Shown here: one piece after another, positions 1-8,909 of the stretch
Layout: each line of letters starts with the position of its first letter
Position numbering within the stretch: the stretch's first letter is position 1
NCBI GenBank assembly: GCA_963761335.1
Contig: CAVXGR010000012.1
Location: forward strand, 288,001-352,000
Reading direction: 5' to 3'
Length of the DNA: 64,000 nucleotides
From: an uncultured delta proteobacterium
GTDB lineage: Bacteria > Desulfobacterota > Binatia > HRBIN30 > BPIQ01
Translations under genes and position numbers: made by a program
Notes under the pieces: model-generated
The model's database searches: none
Told to the model about the DNA's origin: nothing
What the model saw: the letters and a program-made list of their open reading frames with translations, nothing else

Positions 1-486
1 GCCGCCCAGCCACCCAAAGAGATAGCGGAAGCTGACCATCGAGGTGCGTTCGTCGTAATCGGTGGTGATCTCGGGGACCATCGAGTCGCTGGGAATGGAG
101 TAGAAGGTCATGAACAGGCGCACGCCGACGGCGAAGGAAGCCAGCCAGACAAACAGCCCCGAGTGACTGAGCCCCGCCGGCGGATTGAAGAGCAGCGCGA
201 AGCAGAGCGCCATCGGCAGCGCCGCCGCGTACATGAACGGATGCCGGCGTCCCCAGCGCGAGTGGAAGCCGTCGGAGATCGAGCCGACGAGCGGATCGGT
301 GATGGCATCGACGCACAGCGCCAGGAAGATCGCCATGCCGGTCAGAGTCCCCGGCACACCGAGCACCTGATTGTAGTAGAAGAGCAGGAAGACGTTGAAA
401 GAGGCGCTCTTCGTGCCCTCCGCAACCGAGCCGGCGCCGTAGTAGAGCTTGATGGAGAGAGGAACCCGCTGCGACGCCGCACTCAC
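1..486 (-). CDS. MFS transporter, GPH/sugar-cation symporter-like (3' end outside window)
   Basis: Not in ORF track; manual translation from GTG at 486 gives ...KLYYGAGSVAEGTKSASFNVFLLFYYNQVLG...DAITDPLVGSISDGFHSRWGRRHPFMY, a GPH-family signature (D-x-x-x-D-P...SD...SRWGRRxP). Confidence 0.85.
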   Translation of the reverse strand, partial: MSAASQRVPLSIKLYYGAGSVAEGTKSASFNVFLLFYYNQVLGVPGTLTGMAIFLALCVDAITDPLVGSISDGFHSRWGRRHPFMYAAALPMALCFALLFNPPAGLSHSGLFVWLASFAVGVRLFMTFYSIPSDSMVPEITTDYDERTSMVSFRYLFGWLGG

Positions 487-531
487 GGGTGACTCGATAG
501 CGCATCGAGCCGACCCGCGTAAGGCGAGCCC

Positions 532-2880
532 CTACACCGCAGCGCGCTGCTCGTCGGCAACGACACCGCTCAGGCGCACCACGAAGACGGAGCCGACACC
601 GACGGTGCTCTCGACGTCGATGCTGCCGCCGAGGGCGTCGACCAGACGCTTGGCGATGTGGAGCCCGAGGCCCACCCCCTGATGACGACCGTTCTCGCCG
701 CGGCCCTGCTGGAACATGTCGAAGATGACCCCCAGGTCGTCGACGGCGATGCCAACGCCGGTGTCGACCACTCGGAGGACAATGCCGTCGCGGTCGGGCT
801 GCAGCGCGGCGTCGATGGTCACCGTTCCCTCGCGGGTGAACTTGACGGCGTTGCTCACCAGGTTCTTCAAGAGAAGCTTGAGCTTTCTGCGATCCGTGCA
901 GAGCGCTGGAAAGCTCGGCAACACCTGCCAGCCGACGGCGACGGAGGCGCCGCCGTATGTCCCTTCGATCTCCACGGCGATCTCCGCGCACATCGTCGAC
1001 AGAGAGAAGATCGAGCACTCTACCGGGTCGCGGCCGGACTCGAGACGGTTGAGGTCGAGAGTCCCGGCGATCAGATCGAGGAGCTGCGACGCCTTGCGCT
1101 GCGAGGCGGCGAGCACGTCCCGCTGCTCCTCCACGAGCTCGCCGAAGGCGCCTTCGATGAGCAGCTCGCCGTAGCCGATGATGGCGTTCAGCGGCGTGCG
1201 CAGCTCGTGTGACATGGTGGCCACGAACTGCGACTTGAGCCGATTGGCGACCTGCACCGCACCGTGCAGCTGGGCGTTCTCCAGGGTCGCGCCGGCCTGC
1301 TGCAGGATGCCCTTGAGCAGCGCCAGCTCCGCTTCGCGGGCCCGCCGGCGGCCCTGCCCCAACCCAGCGGCCACGAACCCCAGAGGCGCGCTTGCGGCCC
1401 GCATGCCGCCGGCAAGCACTAGCTCCCCGGCCGCCGCAGGGGGCAGCGCCTGAGACAGCGGCCCGCGCCGGCTCCAGACGCCGAGCTCCTCGGCACCGCC
1501 GTCGCGCATGGACTCGAGGAAGGCGTCGCCGTCCACCTCGAGCTCCCGATCTTGCATGGCCTCGACGACAGAGTCGGCAACTCCGTTGAAAGCGCTCGGA
1601 ACGAAGAGCTGGCGCATTGGATTCCAGAGGTAGACGATGACCCACTGCGCCCCGAGGCTGTCCCGAGTGGCCTCCGCCAGCGACTCCACCAGCTGCTCCA
1701 CCTCCAGGGTGCCGCCGATCCGGCGCGAGATGTCGAGAAGCGCCGAGGTCACCCGGCTGCTCTCGCGGGCGGCGGCAAAGGAATGAGCGTTCTCCACGGC
1801 GATCGCCGCGTGTCGGGCGATGCCTTCCGCCAGCGCCAAGCGGCGCGCGTCGAAATATTGCTCGGAGCTTGACGAGAAGATCACGCAGCCGCGGAGCCGG
1901 GCGCGCTCGAAGGGCACCACCAGAAGAACGTGGCCGGGGCGCACCAGCCGGTTGAGCTCACTGAGATCCGAGCTGGGAAGCTGCACCGCCGGGCGCTCGA
2001 AGAGCTGCTCGATCACCGCGGCCGACAACCCTGCCATGCCCTGGTCGATCTCGCCGCAGTCGGGCACCGCACCGGGAGCCTCGGTGCCATCCGGCTCGCG
2101 CAGCACGGTGACACACACCCTGTCACAGCCGACCAGCTCGCGGCCGCGCCGCACCAGAAGGTCGACCAGCTCCGCCGGCTCGAGCGAGAGGCTGAGCTCT
2201 CGGGTCAGCTCGAGAAGCGCCTGGCGGTCCTCGGCGACGATGCGCATGGCGCTCTCGGTGCGCCGCTCTCGCTCGGAGAGATAGGCGAGTGCATAGGCGA
2301 GGGCGCCGAGGAAGACCGCGATGCCGATGGCCTGGGTGGCGACAAAGCCCGGAGAGCCGTAGAGCGCCGTCACTGCCGGCGCCGGAATTGGCGACGGCAG
2401 CACGCCGGCGACCTCGGCGGCAAACAGAGCCAGCAGGCCACCGATGCCGAACAGCACCAGCCACACGGCATTGCGACCCGGAAGGATGACGGCGCTGATC
2501 AAGGGCGGCGTCGCCGGATAGTAGAACCACGGGCTCACCGTGCCACCGGTGAAATGCACCAGAACCGTGAGGACCGCAAAGTCGAACAGGCCGCCGAGCG
2601 AGCTCATGAACCGCAGCAGGCCGTCCGGCGGCTCGGCGGCGCGCCAGCGCCGCAGCAACAGCCAGAAGGTGCCGTTGTACAGCATCACCGCGCCGCTGAG
2701 GGCGGCCACCATCGCCAGGGAGAACGGCAGCCCGGTCAGCGCCCGTGCCGAGGCGACCAGGGCGACTGCGACCGGCAGCATGGCAAAGCGCAAAGCAACC
2801 ATCCAGCGCACCCGCGCCGCACCGCTCGATGCCGGGAGCGGAACACTCCCCTCGCTTCCTGCGATCTCCGCCTCTTCCAT
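532..2880 (-). CDS. Membrane-bound sensor histidine kinase with two GAF-like domains
   Basis: About 6 N-terminal TM segments, two GAF-like regions (each ending A-xA-xEN-A), H-box MSHELRTPLNAIIG, N-box NLVSNAVKFT, G boxes DTGVGI and GVGLGL. ATG at 2880 chosen; ORF is open to 2922. Confidence 0.9.
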   Translation of the reverse strand: MEEAEIAGSEGSVPLPASSGAARVRWMVALRFAMLPVAVALVASARALTGLPFSLAMVAALSGAVMLYNGTFWLLLRRWRAAEPPDGLLRFMSSLGGLFDFAVLTVLVHFTGGTVSPWFYYPATPPLISAVILPGRNAVWLVLFGIGGLLALFAAEVAGVLPSPIPAPAVTALYGSPGFVATQAIGIAVFLGALAYALAYLSERERRTESAMRIVAEDRQALLELTRELSLSLEPAELVDLLVRRGRELVGCDRVCVTVLREPDGTEAPGAVPDCGEIDQGMAGLSAAVIEQLFERPAVQLPSSDLSELNRLVRPGHVLLVVPFERARLRGCVIFSSSSEQYFDARRLALAEGIARHAAIAVENAHSFAAARESSRVTSALLDISRRIGGTLEVEQLVESLAEATRDSLGAQWVIVYLWNPMRQLFVPSAFNGVADSVVEAMQDRELEVDGDAFLESMRDGGAEELGVWSRRGPLSQALPPAAAGELVLAGGMRAASAPLGFVAAGLGQGRRRAREAELALLKGILQQAGATLENAQLHGAVQVANRLKSQFVATMSHELRTPLNAIIGYGELLIEGAFGELVEEQRDVLAASQRKASQLLDLIAGTLDLNRLESGRDPVECSIFSLSTMCAEIAVEIEGTYGGASVAVGWQVLPSFPALCTDRRKLKLLLKNLVSNAVKFTREGTVTIDAALQPDRDGIVLRVVDTGVGIAVDDLGVIFDMFQQGRGENGRHQGVGLGLHIAKRLVDALGGSIDVESTVGVGSVFVVRLSGVVADEQRAAV

Positions 2881-3091
2881 CCTGCGAATTCCCTCGGAAA
2901 CCTGCGACAAGATCCCTTCCAAGCTGCCTTCGGCTATGTTCCAGCAACAAGCGTGCTAGTCGCTGGGCCATTCGATCTCCGAGTCGCCTTCCAGTGTCCC
3001 GACAGCTTTGCGCTGCGAATTCGCCGTAGCGGCGGGCCTCGCCCTCGGGCTTGGAGGTCATCGCCGCAGGAACATGTAGCCCTCCGCCAAT

Positions 3092-3141
3092 GTAGAAGCG
3101 GCGTCCCGCCGCTTCCGGAAGCGCCGAGACGGCGCTTCTAC
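3092..3141. repeat. GTAG-type REP doublet (REPIN-like), copy 1
   Basis: GTAGAAGCGGCGTCCCGCCGCTT-CCG-GAAGCGCCGAGACGGCGCTTCTAC: two hairpin units in inverted orientation with GTAG/CTAC ends. Confidence 0.8.
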
Positions 3142-3176
3142 TTTGACGACGTTTCGACCATGCGAACGCCCAGCCG

Positions 3177-4229
3177 CTACGCCTCGAGCCAGCGGACGGA
3201 TGTGCCGTGGGGGTCGGCTTCCGCGAGCACCCGCTCGCCAACCCCGGGCCAGAGGCGCAGGCGCAGATCGGCGCCTTCGGCGCGCCGCGTCTCGAGCTGG
3301 AGCCACGCCAGCGGCGCGCCGGCATGGGCGCGGTCGCCGGCGGCTTCGATGCACTGCGACACGGCGTCGCGCTCGGCTTCCGGCATGTACCACCACATGA
3401 TCGAATGGAAGACGACGGTCGCCTCCCCCTCGGGCAGCGTCGCCAGCTCGCGCTCGAGCCAAGCGGCGGCCGAGGCACGCACCAGCGGCGGCGGCTGGCG
3501 ACGGGCCAGCTCCGTCGCGGCGCGGAACACCTCCAGACGCTTCAGCTGGTCGGGCCAGATGAACGACTCGATCGCCCTCACCTGGGCTTCGTCGGCAACC
3601 TCGACAGGCGCGAGGTCGCAGCCGCTCCGGCTGGAGACGGTAGCCGCGCTCTTCAGCACCTCGCCGTTCCCGTCCCATGAACCCCGAATGCAGACGGATG
3701 ACGAGGGGTCTCCCCAGGCACCGCCGCCGCTCAGCTGGTAGCGATAGCGATCCCACAGGAGATTGAGGCCGGCGCTGGCGCCGATCTCGCGGATCCGCAG
3801 AGGCAGACGCGTGGCCGCGGCGATGCGCAGAAAGCCGCCGAGGAGAACGGCCGAGCGATTCACCTCGTTGGTCTGCACGCCGCGCGACAGATCGGCGCGC
3901 AGCTGTGGAGCGCGATCCACCACTGTCGCCACAAAGGCGTCCCACACCTGCGGCCACCTGGGCGCACCGCCGGCCGACGGATAGTGCGCCGCGAGAGCGG
4001 GCTCCTCGCCGGCAAGCACTCGGCGGTGAATCGCACCCATGAAGCGCAGCGGCATGGCGTCGGTGAGGACGTTGCCGCTCCAGCCCTCGACGACGCCGGC
4101 GATCGGCCCGCGGGCATCGATGTCATCCGCGGCGCGCTCGAGGAGCCGAGCATAGAGCGGCGAGCCGAGCTTCCCGCACCACTGCGCCTGAAAGCGAAAC
4201 CCCGCGGCGATCTCGTCGAGCGTTGCCAT
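3177..4229 (-). CDS. DUF2332-family protein
   Basis: FRFQAQWCGKLGSPLYA, LRFMGAIH, VQTNEVNRS, EIGASAGLNLLWDRY and FHSIMWWY motifs typical of DUF2332. Confidence 0.85.
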   Translation of the reverse strand: MATLDEIAAGFRFQAQWCGKLGSPLYARLLERAADDIDARGPIAGVVEGWSGNVLTDAMPLRFMGAIHRRVLAGEEPALAAHYPSAGGAPRWPQVWDAFVATVVDRAPQLRADLSRGVQTNEVNRSAVLLGGFLRIAAATRLPLRIREIGASAGLNLLWDRYRYQLSGGGAWGDPSSSVCIRGSWDGNGEVLKSAATVSSRSGCDLAPVEVADEAQVRAIESFIWPDQLKRLEVFRAATELARRQPPPLVRASAAAWLERELATLPEGEATVVFHSIMWWYMPEAERDAVSQCIEAAGDRAHAGAPLAWLQLETRRAEGADLRLRLWPGVGERVLAEADPHGTSVRWLEA

Positions 4230-4332
4230 CTCTGCCCCCCGAACTTGGGAGCTCACCGCACCTCCTCCGTTGCTCCGCTTCACCGCGGCGGCGTCCGTAT
4301 GTCAAGCAACGAGGCCCGTCGCGCGGGCCAAG

Positions 4333-4382
4333 GTAGAAGCGGCGTCTCGCCGCTTGCGGAAGCGCCGAGACGGCGCTTCCGC
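4333..4382. repeat. GTAG-type REP doublet, copy 2
   Basis: GTAGAAGCGGCGTCTCGCCGCTTGCGGAAGCGCCGAGACGGCGCTTCCGC, near-identical to 3092-3141 and in the same orientation. Confidence 0.8.
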
Positions 4383-4424
4383 TCTACACCCGAGGCGGCA
4401 CCCCCGCGCCAGCGACCGCCGCGC

Positions 4425-5315
4425 TCACTTGAGCCCCGCGTTCATGCGCGTGATCTCGTAGACGACGCTGACGTCCTTGCCACCCAGGCCGTGCGCCACG
4501 GCTGTGAGCGCCTTGTCGCGAATGACGTTCGCGAACGGCAGCGGGGCGCGGACCTCCGTCGATGCCTCAAGGACCAGGAGCGCATCCTTGAGGCCGCCCA
4601 TGAGGTCGAAGCCGACGTCGTCGAAGCGACGTTCGCGCATGCGGGAGGCGTACTCCTGCAGCCCCGGATGACTGAACATCGTCTGCATCACCATGTCCAG
4701 ATGCTGCGGCTCGATGCCGCTCTTCTCACCGAACGCGAACACCTGCCCGATGAGGTCGACGACCGCGCCCAATGCGTAGTTGACCGCGAGCTTCAGGCTG
4801 TTGGCAACCGCCGGGGTGGCGCTGACCGGAACCGCGGCCCGCGAATAGGCGCCGAGCACGGCTTGACTGCGCTCGATGGCATCTGCATCTCCGGCGACGA
4901 AGCTGAGGAGCTGCCCCGCTTCCGCGACGTCCGGCCGTCCCAGCACCGGTCCGGCGACGTAGTCGCTGCCGTGGGCGGCGTGCAGCTCAGTGAGAGTCCG
5001 CGCACAGCGCGGAGAGACGGTCGTCGTGCCGAGGTGAACGGCTCCGGGCCGCAGTCCCTTCAGCACCCCGGTCTCTCCCTCGACCGCGTCCAGCACCGAC
5101 TGATCGTCCATGAGGCTGGTGACGACGACGTCGGCGTTGGCTGCGGCTTCGGCAGGAGAGGCCGCGGCCGCCGCACCGGCCTCGAGGAACGGCTTCATCT
5201 TCGACGCCGTGCGGTTGTGCACGGTGAGCGTGAACCCGCCCTTCATGATGTTGCGCGCGATCGCAGATCCCATGCGACCGAGCCCGATGAAACCGACACG
5301 CACCGTTTCCGACAT
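4425..5315 (-). CDS. NAD(P)-dependent beta-hydroxyacid dehydrogenase (3-hydroxyisobutyrate/6-phosphogluconate dehydrogenase family)
   Basis: VGFIGLGRMG Rossmann motif, HNRT, PVLG, catalytic LKLAVN. The longer upstream ORF extension runs through repeat DNA. Confidence 0.9.
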   Translation of the reverse strand: MSETVRVGFIGLGRMGSAIARNIMKGGFTLTVHNRTASKMKPFLEAGAAAAASPAEAAANADVVVTSLMDDQSVLDAVEGETGVLKGLRPGAVHLGTTTVSPRCARTLTELHAAHGSDYVAGPVLGRPDVAEAGQLLSFVAGDADAIERSQAVLGAYSRAAVPVSATPAVANSLKLAVNYALGAVVDLIGQVFAFGEKSGIEPQHLDMVMQTMFSHPGLQEYASRMRERRFDDVGFDLMGGLKDALLVLEASTEVRAPLPFANVIRDKALTAVAHGLGGKDVSVVYEITRMNAGLK

Positions 5316-5359
5316 CGTCATGCTCCGTGTGTCTGTACCGTTTATCTCATACGAGAAAT

Positions 5360-5430
5360 GGGGACAGGCTACTTTTGCCCTCGAAGTACCACGACGGCAA
5401 CCAGTTCGTCCGCAAAAGTTGCCTGTCCCC
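5360..5430. repeat. GGGGACAGGC palindromic element (MITE/REP-like), copy 1
   Basis: GGGGACAGGCTACTTTTGC ... GCAAAAGTTGCCTGTCCCC terminal inverted repeats. Confidence 0.8.
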
Positions 5431-5447
5431 GCGGTGTCGCGGCGGTC

Positions 5448-5526
5448 GGGGACAGGCACCTTTTCGGCGACTCCCGTCAAATCCTTCTTGCGACGCGTCC
5501 CTGGCGCCGAAACATTGCCTGTCCCC
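5448..5526. repeat. GGGGACAGGC palindromic element, copy 2
   Basis: GGGGACAGGCACCTTTTCGGCG ... CGCCGAAACATTGCCTGTCCCC. Confidence 0.75.
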
Positions 5527-5556
5527 GTTTGCGGCCGGGACGGCCGCGCTCCCGGG

Positions 5557-6783
5557 TCAGGTCCGGTAGTCGGAGTTGAACTTCACGTAATCGACGCTCA
5601 GATCAGACGCCATGCGCTCGGCGACGGCGTGGCCGGCGTGGAGGTCGATCGAGAGCGAGAACTCGTCCCTGGCGACTACGGCACTGGCGCGGCGCTCGAC
5701 GGCGGGGGTGATGATCTCGCTGCCGCGGCGGACCACCTGGACGTCGTCGAGAAAGACGTCGAGGAGGCGCGGGTCGAAGCGGGCGCCGCTGTAGCCGGCG
5801 GCGCAGACGATGCGGCCGGCGTAGGGGTCGCCGCCGTAGAAGGCGGCCTTGCAGAGCGGCGAGCGGGCCACGGTGTCGGCGACGCGCTCGGCGTCGGCGA
5901 GATTGCGGGCGCCGCGCACCCGAATGTCGATGAGCTTGGTAGCGCCCTCGCCGTCCTTCACCACCAGCCGCGCCAGCTGGCGCATGACGCGGCCGACGGC
6001 CCCGCAGAAGGCCGCCAGGTCGGGCGAGCGCAGGGTGATCGGCCGGTTGCCGGCGGCGCCGTTGGCCAGCAGCACGGCGGTGTCGTTGGTGCTGGTGTCA
6101 CCGTCGACGACGATGGCGTTGAACGACTGCGGCAGGGCGATCTTCAGGGCCCGCTGCAGCGCCGGAGCGGCGACTGCGGCGTCGGTGAGCACGTAGGCGA
6201 GCATGGTGGCGTGCGGCACCGGAGCCATGTCTGGGGCGATCATTCCCGCCCCCTTGGCGATGCCGACCACGGCAATCTCGGCGCCGTTCAAGCCGATGTG
6301 CTCGACCGCCCACTTCGGGAAGGCATCGGTGGTCATCATCCCCTCGAGGGCGCGGTCGATGCCGTCGGCGGAGAGCTCCGCACACGCCTGCAGGACGCCG
6401 CGGCGGATGAGGCGCGCCGGCAGCTGCACACCGATTCTCCCCGTCGATGACGGCAGCACCAAACGCTCGGCGATGCCGAGCCGACGGGCCACGAGGGCGC
6501 AGAGCTGACGTGCCAGTGCCTCGCCGTCGCGGCCGGTGTAGGCGTTGGCGTTGCCGCTGTTGACCAGGATCGCCTGCAGGGCGCCGCGGCGGACGCGCTC
6601 GGCGCCGATCACCACCGGCGCCGCCTTCACCAGGTTGCGCGTGAACGCCGCCGCCGCGGTCGCCGGCGCGTCGGAAACGATCAGTGCGACGTCGCGCCTG
6701 CCGCTCTCCTTGAGCCCGCAGTGGACGCCCGCGAAGCGGAAGCCGCGAAGGCGCAGGCGGGGCGGCTCGAGGGCAACCTTCAT
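5557..6783 (-). CDS. argJ: Ornithine acetyltransferase / N-acetylglutamate synthase ArgJ
   Basis: NSGNANA, SSTGRIG, MTTD, AKGAGMIAP..ATML, DGDTSTND, DGEGATK, C-terminal YVKFNSDYRT. Confidence 0.97.
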   Translation of the reverse strand: MKVALEPPRLRLRGFRFAGVHCGLKESGRRDVALIVSDAPATAAAAFTRNLVKAAPVVIGAERVRRGALQAILVNSGNANAYTGRDGEALARQLCALVARRLGIAERLVLPSSTGRIGVQLPARLIRRGVLQACAELSADGIDRALEGMMTTDAFPKWAVEHIGLNGAEIAVVGIAKGAGMIAPDMAPVPHATMLAYVLTDAAVAAPALQRALKIALPQSFNAIVVDGDTSTNDTAVLLANGAAGNRPITLRSPDLAAFCGAVGRVMRQLARLVVKDGEGATKLIDIRVRGARNLADAERVADTVARSPLCKAAFYGGDPYAGRIVCAAGYSGARFDPRLLDVFLDDVQVVRRGSEIITPAVERRASAVVARDEFSLSIDLHAGHAVAERMASDLSVDYVKFNSDYRT

Positions 6784-6799
6784 GGTGCGGGTACCGGGC

Positions 6800-7645
6800 T
6801 CAGCCGGCGATCAGCCGCAGGACCTGGTCGTGCACCAGGCCGTTGGTGCACACGCCGGCGCCGTTGTAGATGGTCGCCTGGCCGTCGAGATCGCTGAAGC
6901 GCCCCCCCGCCTCCTCGACCAGGATCTTGAGCGGCGCCATGTCCCACGGCTTGAGATCGAGCTCGACCATCGCCTCCGCCTGACCGCGGGCTACGAAGAC
7001 GTGGCCGAGATAATCGCCGTAGCCCCGCTGACGCCCGGCGGCCGCCACCAGCCGCTCGAAGGCATCCCAGCGCCCGGCCTTGCGCCAGGCGTTGATGCCA
7101 CCGAAGAGCACCATGCCCTCGGCGAGGTCCGCACGCGTGGAGACGTGCAGGGGCCCGCGCGGTCCGTGCGCCCCCCTCCCTTTCGCCGCCCAGAAGAGCT
7201 CACCGGAGATCGGCTCGTGGACCACGCCGAGGGTGATCTCGCCCCGCTCCTCGAGGCCGATCAGGGTGGCGAAGTAGGGAATGTTGCGCACGAAGCTCTT
7301 GGTGCCGTCGAGCGGATCGACGATCCAGCGCGCCTCGGCGCCGGGGCGCTCCCCGGACTCCTCACCGAAGAAGCCGTATCCCGGAAAGGCCTCGGCCAAC
7401 ACCTCGACGATGCGCTCCTCCGCCTCGCGGTCGGCGACGGTCACCGGCGAGAGGTCGCTCTTGCGGTCGACGCGCACGCCGGTCTCGAAGTACCGCCGAA
7501 TCACCTCGCCCGCGGCCCGGGCGGCGGCGATTGCGGCCTCGAGCTGTCGATCAGAACTGCTGATGGGCCGACTCGATCGAGTGAGGATGCGGCTGCAGCG
7601 GTACCCAGTTGCCGTCCTTCCGCGGGCGCAGGTGCAGTGGGTCAC
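6800..7645 (-). CDS. hisN: Inositol-monophosphatase family protein, probable histidinol-phosphatase (start uncertain)
   Basis: KSDLSPVTVADREAE, GEE, WIVDPLDGTKSF, LKPWDMAP...EEAGG. Only canonical start upstream of the fold is GTG 7645, which overlaps the neighbouring gene. Confidence 0.8.
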   Translation of the reverse strand: MTHCTCARGRTATGYRCSRILTRSSRPISSSDRQLEAAIAAARAAGEVIRRYFETGVRVDRKSDLSPVTVADREAEERIVEVLAEAFPGYGFFGEESGERPGAEARWIVDPLDGTKSFVRNIPYFATLIGLEERGEITLGVVHEPISGELFWAAKGRGAHGPRGPLHVSTRADLAEGMVLFGGINAWRKAGRWDAFERLVAAAGRQRGYGDYLGHVFVARGQAEAMVELDLKPWDMAPLKILVEEAGGRFSDLDGQATIYNGAGVCTNGLVHDQVLRLIAG

Positions 7646-7868
7646 TGGCGGCGCGAGCGATCAGGCCGATCGGTAAGACGATGATGAAGAACAGAATGGT
7701 CATGATCAGGCGCGTCTGGAACACGCCGATCACGTGCGCAATCCGCTTCCATCCCTCCCAGGCCCGCCGCCACAGCGACTGAGCCGGCGCGGCCGGGACA
7801 TCCCGGGTCGCCGAGGCTTGCATCTTCAGGGGCACGCCGGGCACGGAGGAGGATGACATCGAACTCAT
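7551..7868 (-). CDS. Small SxtJ-like membrane protein
   Basis: WKRIAHVIGVFQTRLIMTILFFIIVLPIGLIAR..DPL...W...QQF pattern of SxtJ family; good SD (GGGGAAGG). Confidence 0.7.
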   Translation of the reverse strand: MSSMSSSSVPGVPLKMQASATRDVPAAPAQSLWRRAWEGWKRIAHVIGVFQTRLIMTILFFIIVLPIGLIARAASDPLHLRPRKDGNWVPLQPHPHSIESAHQQF

Positions 7869-7916
7869 CCTTCCCCTATGGCAGAGGCCGATGTGTTTCT
7901 CAACAGAAATCCCGCC

Positions 7917-8270
7917 TCACCCATCCCACCCCCACTTGCGCTTGTTGGCCTCGATCTCCTCGGCCGTGGGCCGCGGCTGCTGCTCGTGCTTGCAGACCTC
8001 GAAATCGTCCTTGAGCTCCATCATCTTGTAGTTGAGGGGCGTGTCCTCCTTGAAGACGTCTGGAACGCCGGCCTCCTCGAAGATGGCCTGCCACGGACAC
8101 TCCGGCTCGCAGGCGCCGCAGTCGATGCACTCGTCCGGATGAATGTAGAGCTGGTTCGGAAAGGTCTCCGTATCGCTGCCGGTGTAGCGGTAGATGCAGT
8201 CCACCGGACACACGGCTACGCATGCGGTGTCGACGCAGTCCCGACAAAGTCTCGTGATGATGTAGGCCAT
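7917..8270 (-). CDS. fdxA: Dicluster ferredoxin (FdxA-type)
   Basis: [19 protein letters not shown] and [17 protein letters not shown] motifs; SD GGAGAAGGAG. Confidence 0.92.
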   Translation of the reverse strand: MAYIITRLCRDCVDTACVAVCPVDCIYRYTGSDTETFPNQLYIHPDECIDCGACEPECPWQAIFEEAGVPDVFKEDTPLNYKMMELKDDFEVCKHEQQPRPTAEEIEANKRKWGWDG

Positions 8271-8285
8271 CTCCTTCTCCTTGAC

Positions 8286-8753
8286 TCAACTTGCCCGCGG
8301 GGGGGCAGAACCATTTTCGCCCAGATCTCCCAGCCGCGGCACCAGCCCGCGTTGGTCGGCGATATCGCTGATCGAGACCTCTTCGAGGTAGCGACCCAAG
8401 GCTTCCTGCGCCCCCCGCCACACCGTGATCTGCGTGCACACCGGGGCGAAACAGCAGAACGCATCCTCGTCCTCGATACATTCCATAAGACACAGGGGTC
8501 CTTCAATGGACTCGTACACCTCTCGCAACGAAATTCTCTTCTCCGGCTGCCGCAGACGGAAGCCGCCGCGGGCCCCGGGCGTCGATGTCAGCAGGCCGTG
8601 CGCCACCAGCTTGCGGAGAATCTTCGAGAGAAAGTGTGGTGGAATCCTCTGTCTCTGCTGGATCTCGGCGCGCGGCACTACCCGCCCGCTGGGCTGCGCC
8701 GCCAGATAACAGAGGGCCCGCACCCCATAATCGATGCGGCGGCCGACGTTCAT
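8286..8753 (-). CDS. Rrf2-family transcriptional regulator with Cys cluster (probably Fe-S binding)
   Basis: DYGVRAL, wHTH, GARGGFRL, ISLREVYESIEG, CLMEC...CC...C. Confidence 0.92.
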   Translation of the reverse strand: MNVGRRIDYGVRALCYLAAQPSGRVVPRAEIQQRQRIPPHFLSKILRKLVAHGLLTSTPGARGGFRLRQPEKRISLREVYESIEGPLCLMECIEDEDAFCCFAPVCTQITVWRGAQEALGRYLEEVSISDIADQRGLVPRLGDLGENGSAPPRAS

Positions 8754-8813
8754 CAAGGAGCTGCGCCGCGCCTGCCGCGGTCCGCGTTGCGAGTGCGCCA
8801 TGCGCGGCGAAAC

Positions 8814-8839
8814 TAGACCTTGGGAATCCACAATGTCAA
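8814..8839. promoter_or_regulatory. Imperfect palindrome, candidate Rrf2 operator overlapping a sigma70-like promoter
   Basis: TAGACCTTG-GGAATCCA-CAATGTCAA; the minus strand reads TTGACA-N18-TAGTTT toward rrf2. Confidence 0.5.
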
Positions 8840-8909
8840 ATCGGCTCCGGCGTCTTGACGCCGCCCCGCGGCGGTTCAAACTTGTGCTCCGAGAGGAAAG
8901 GAAGAGCCC

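Noticed and set aside
2943..2958. Possible sigma54 promoter (TAGCACG-N4-TTGCT, minus strand) for the histidine kinase
   Set aside because: The near-invariant -24 GG is AG, so it is not called
2990..3030. GCAAAGC segment reminiscent of a c-di-GMP-I riboswitch (minus strand)
   Set aside because: The preceding GGCAAAC...GAAA stem is absent
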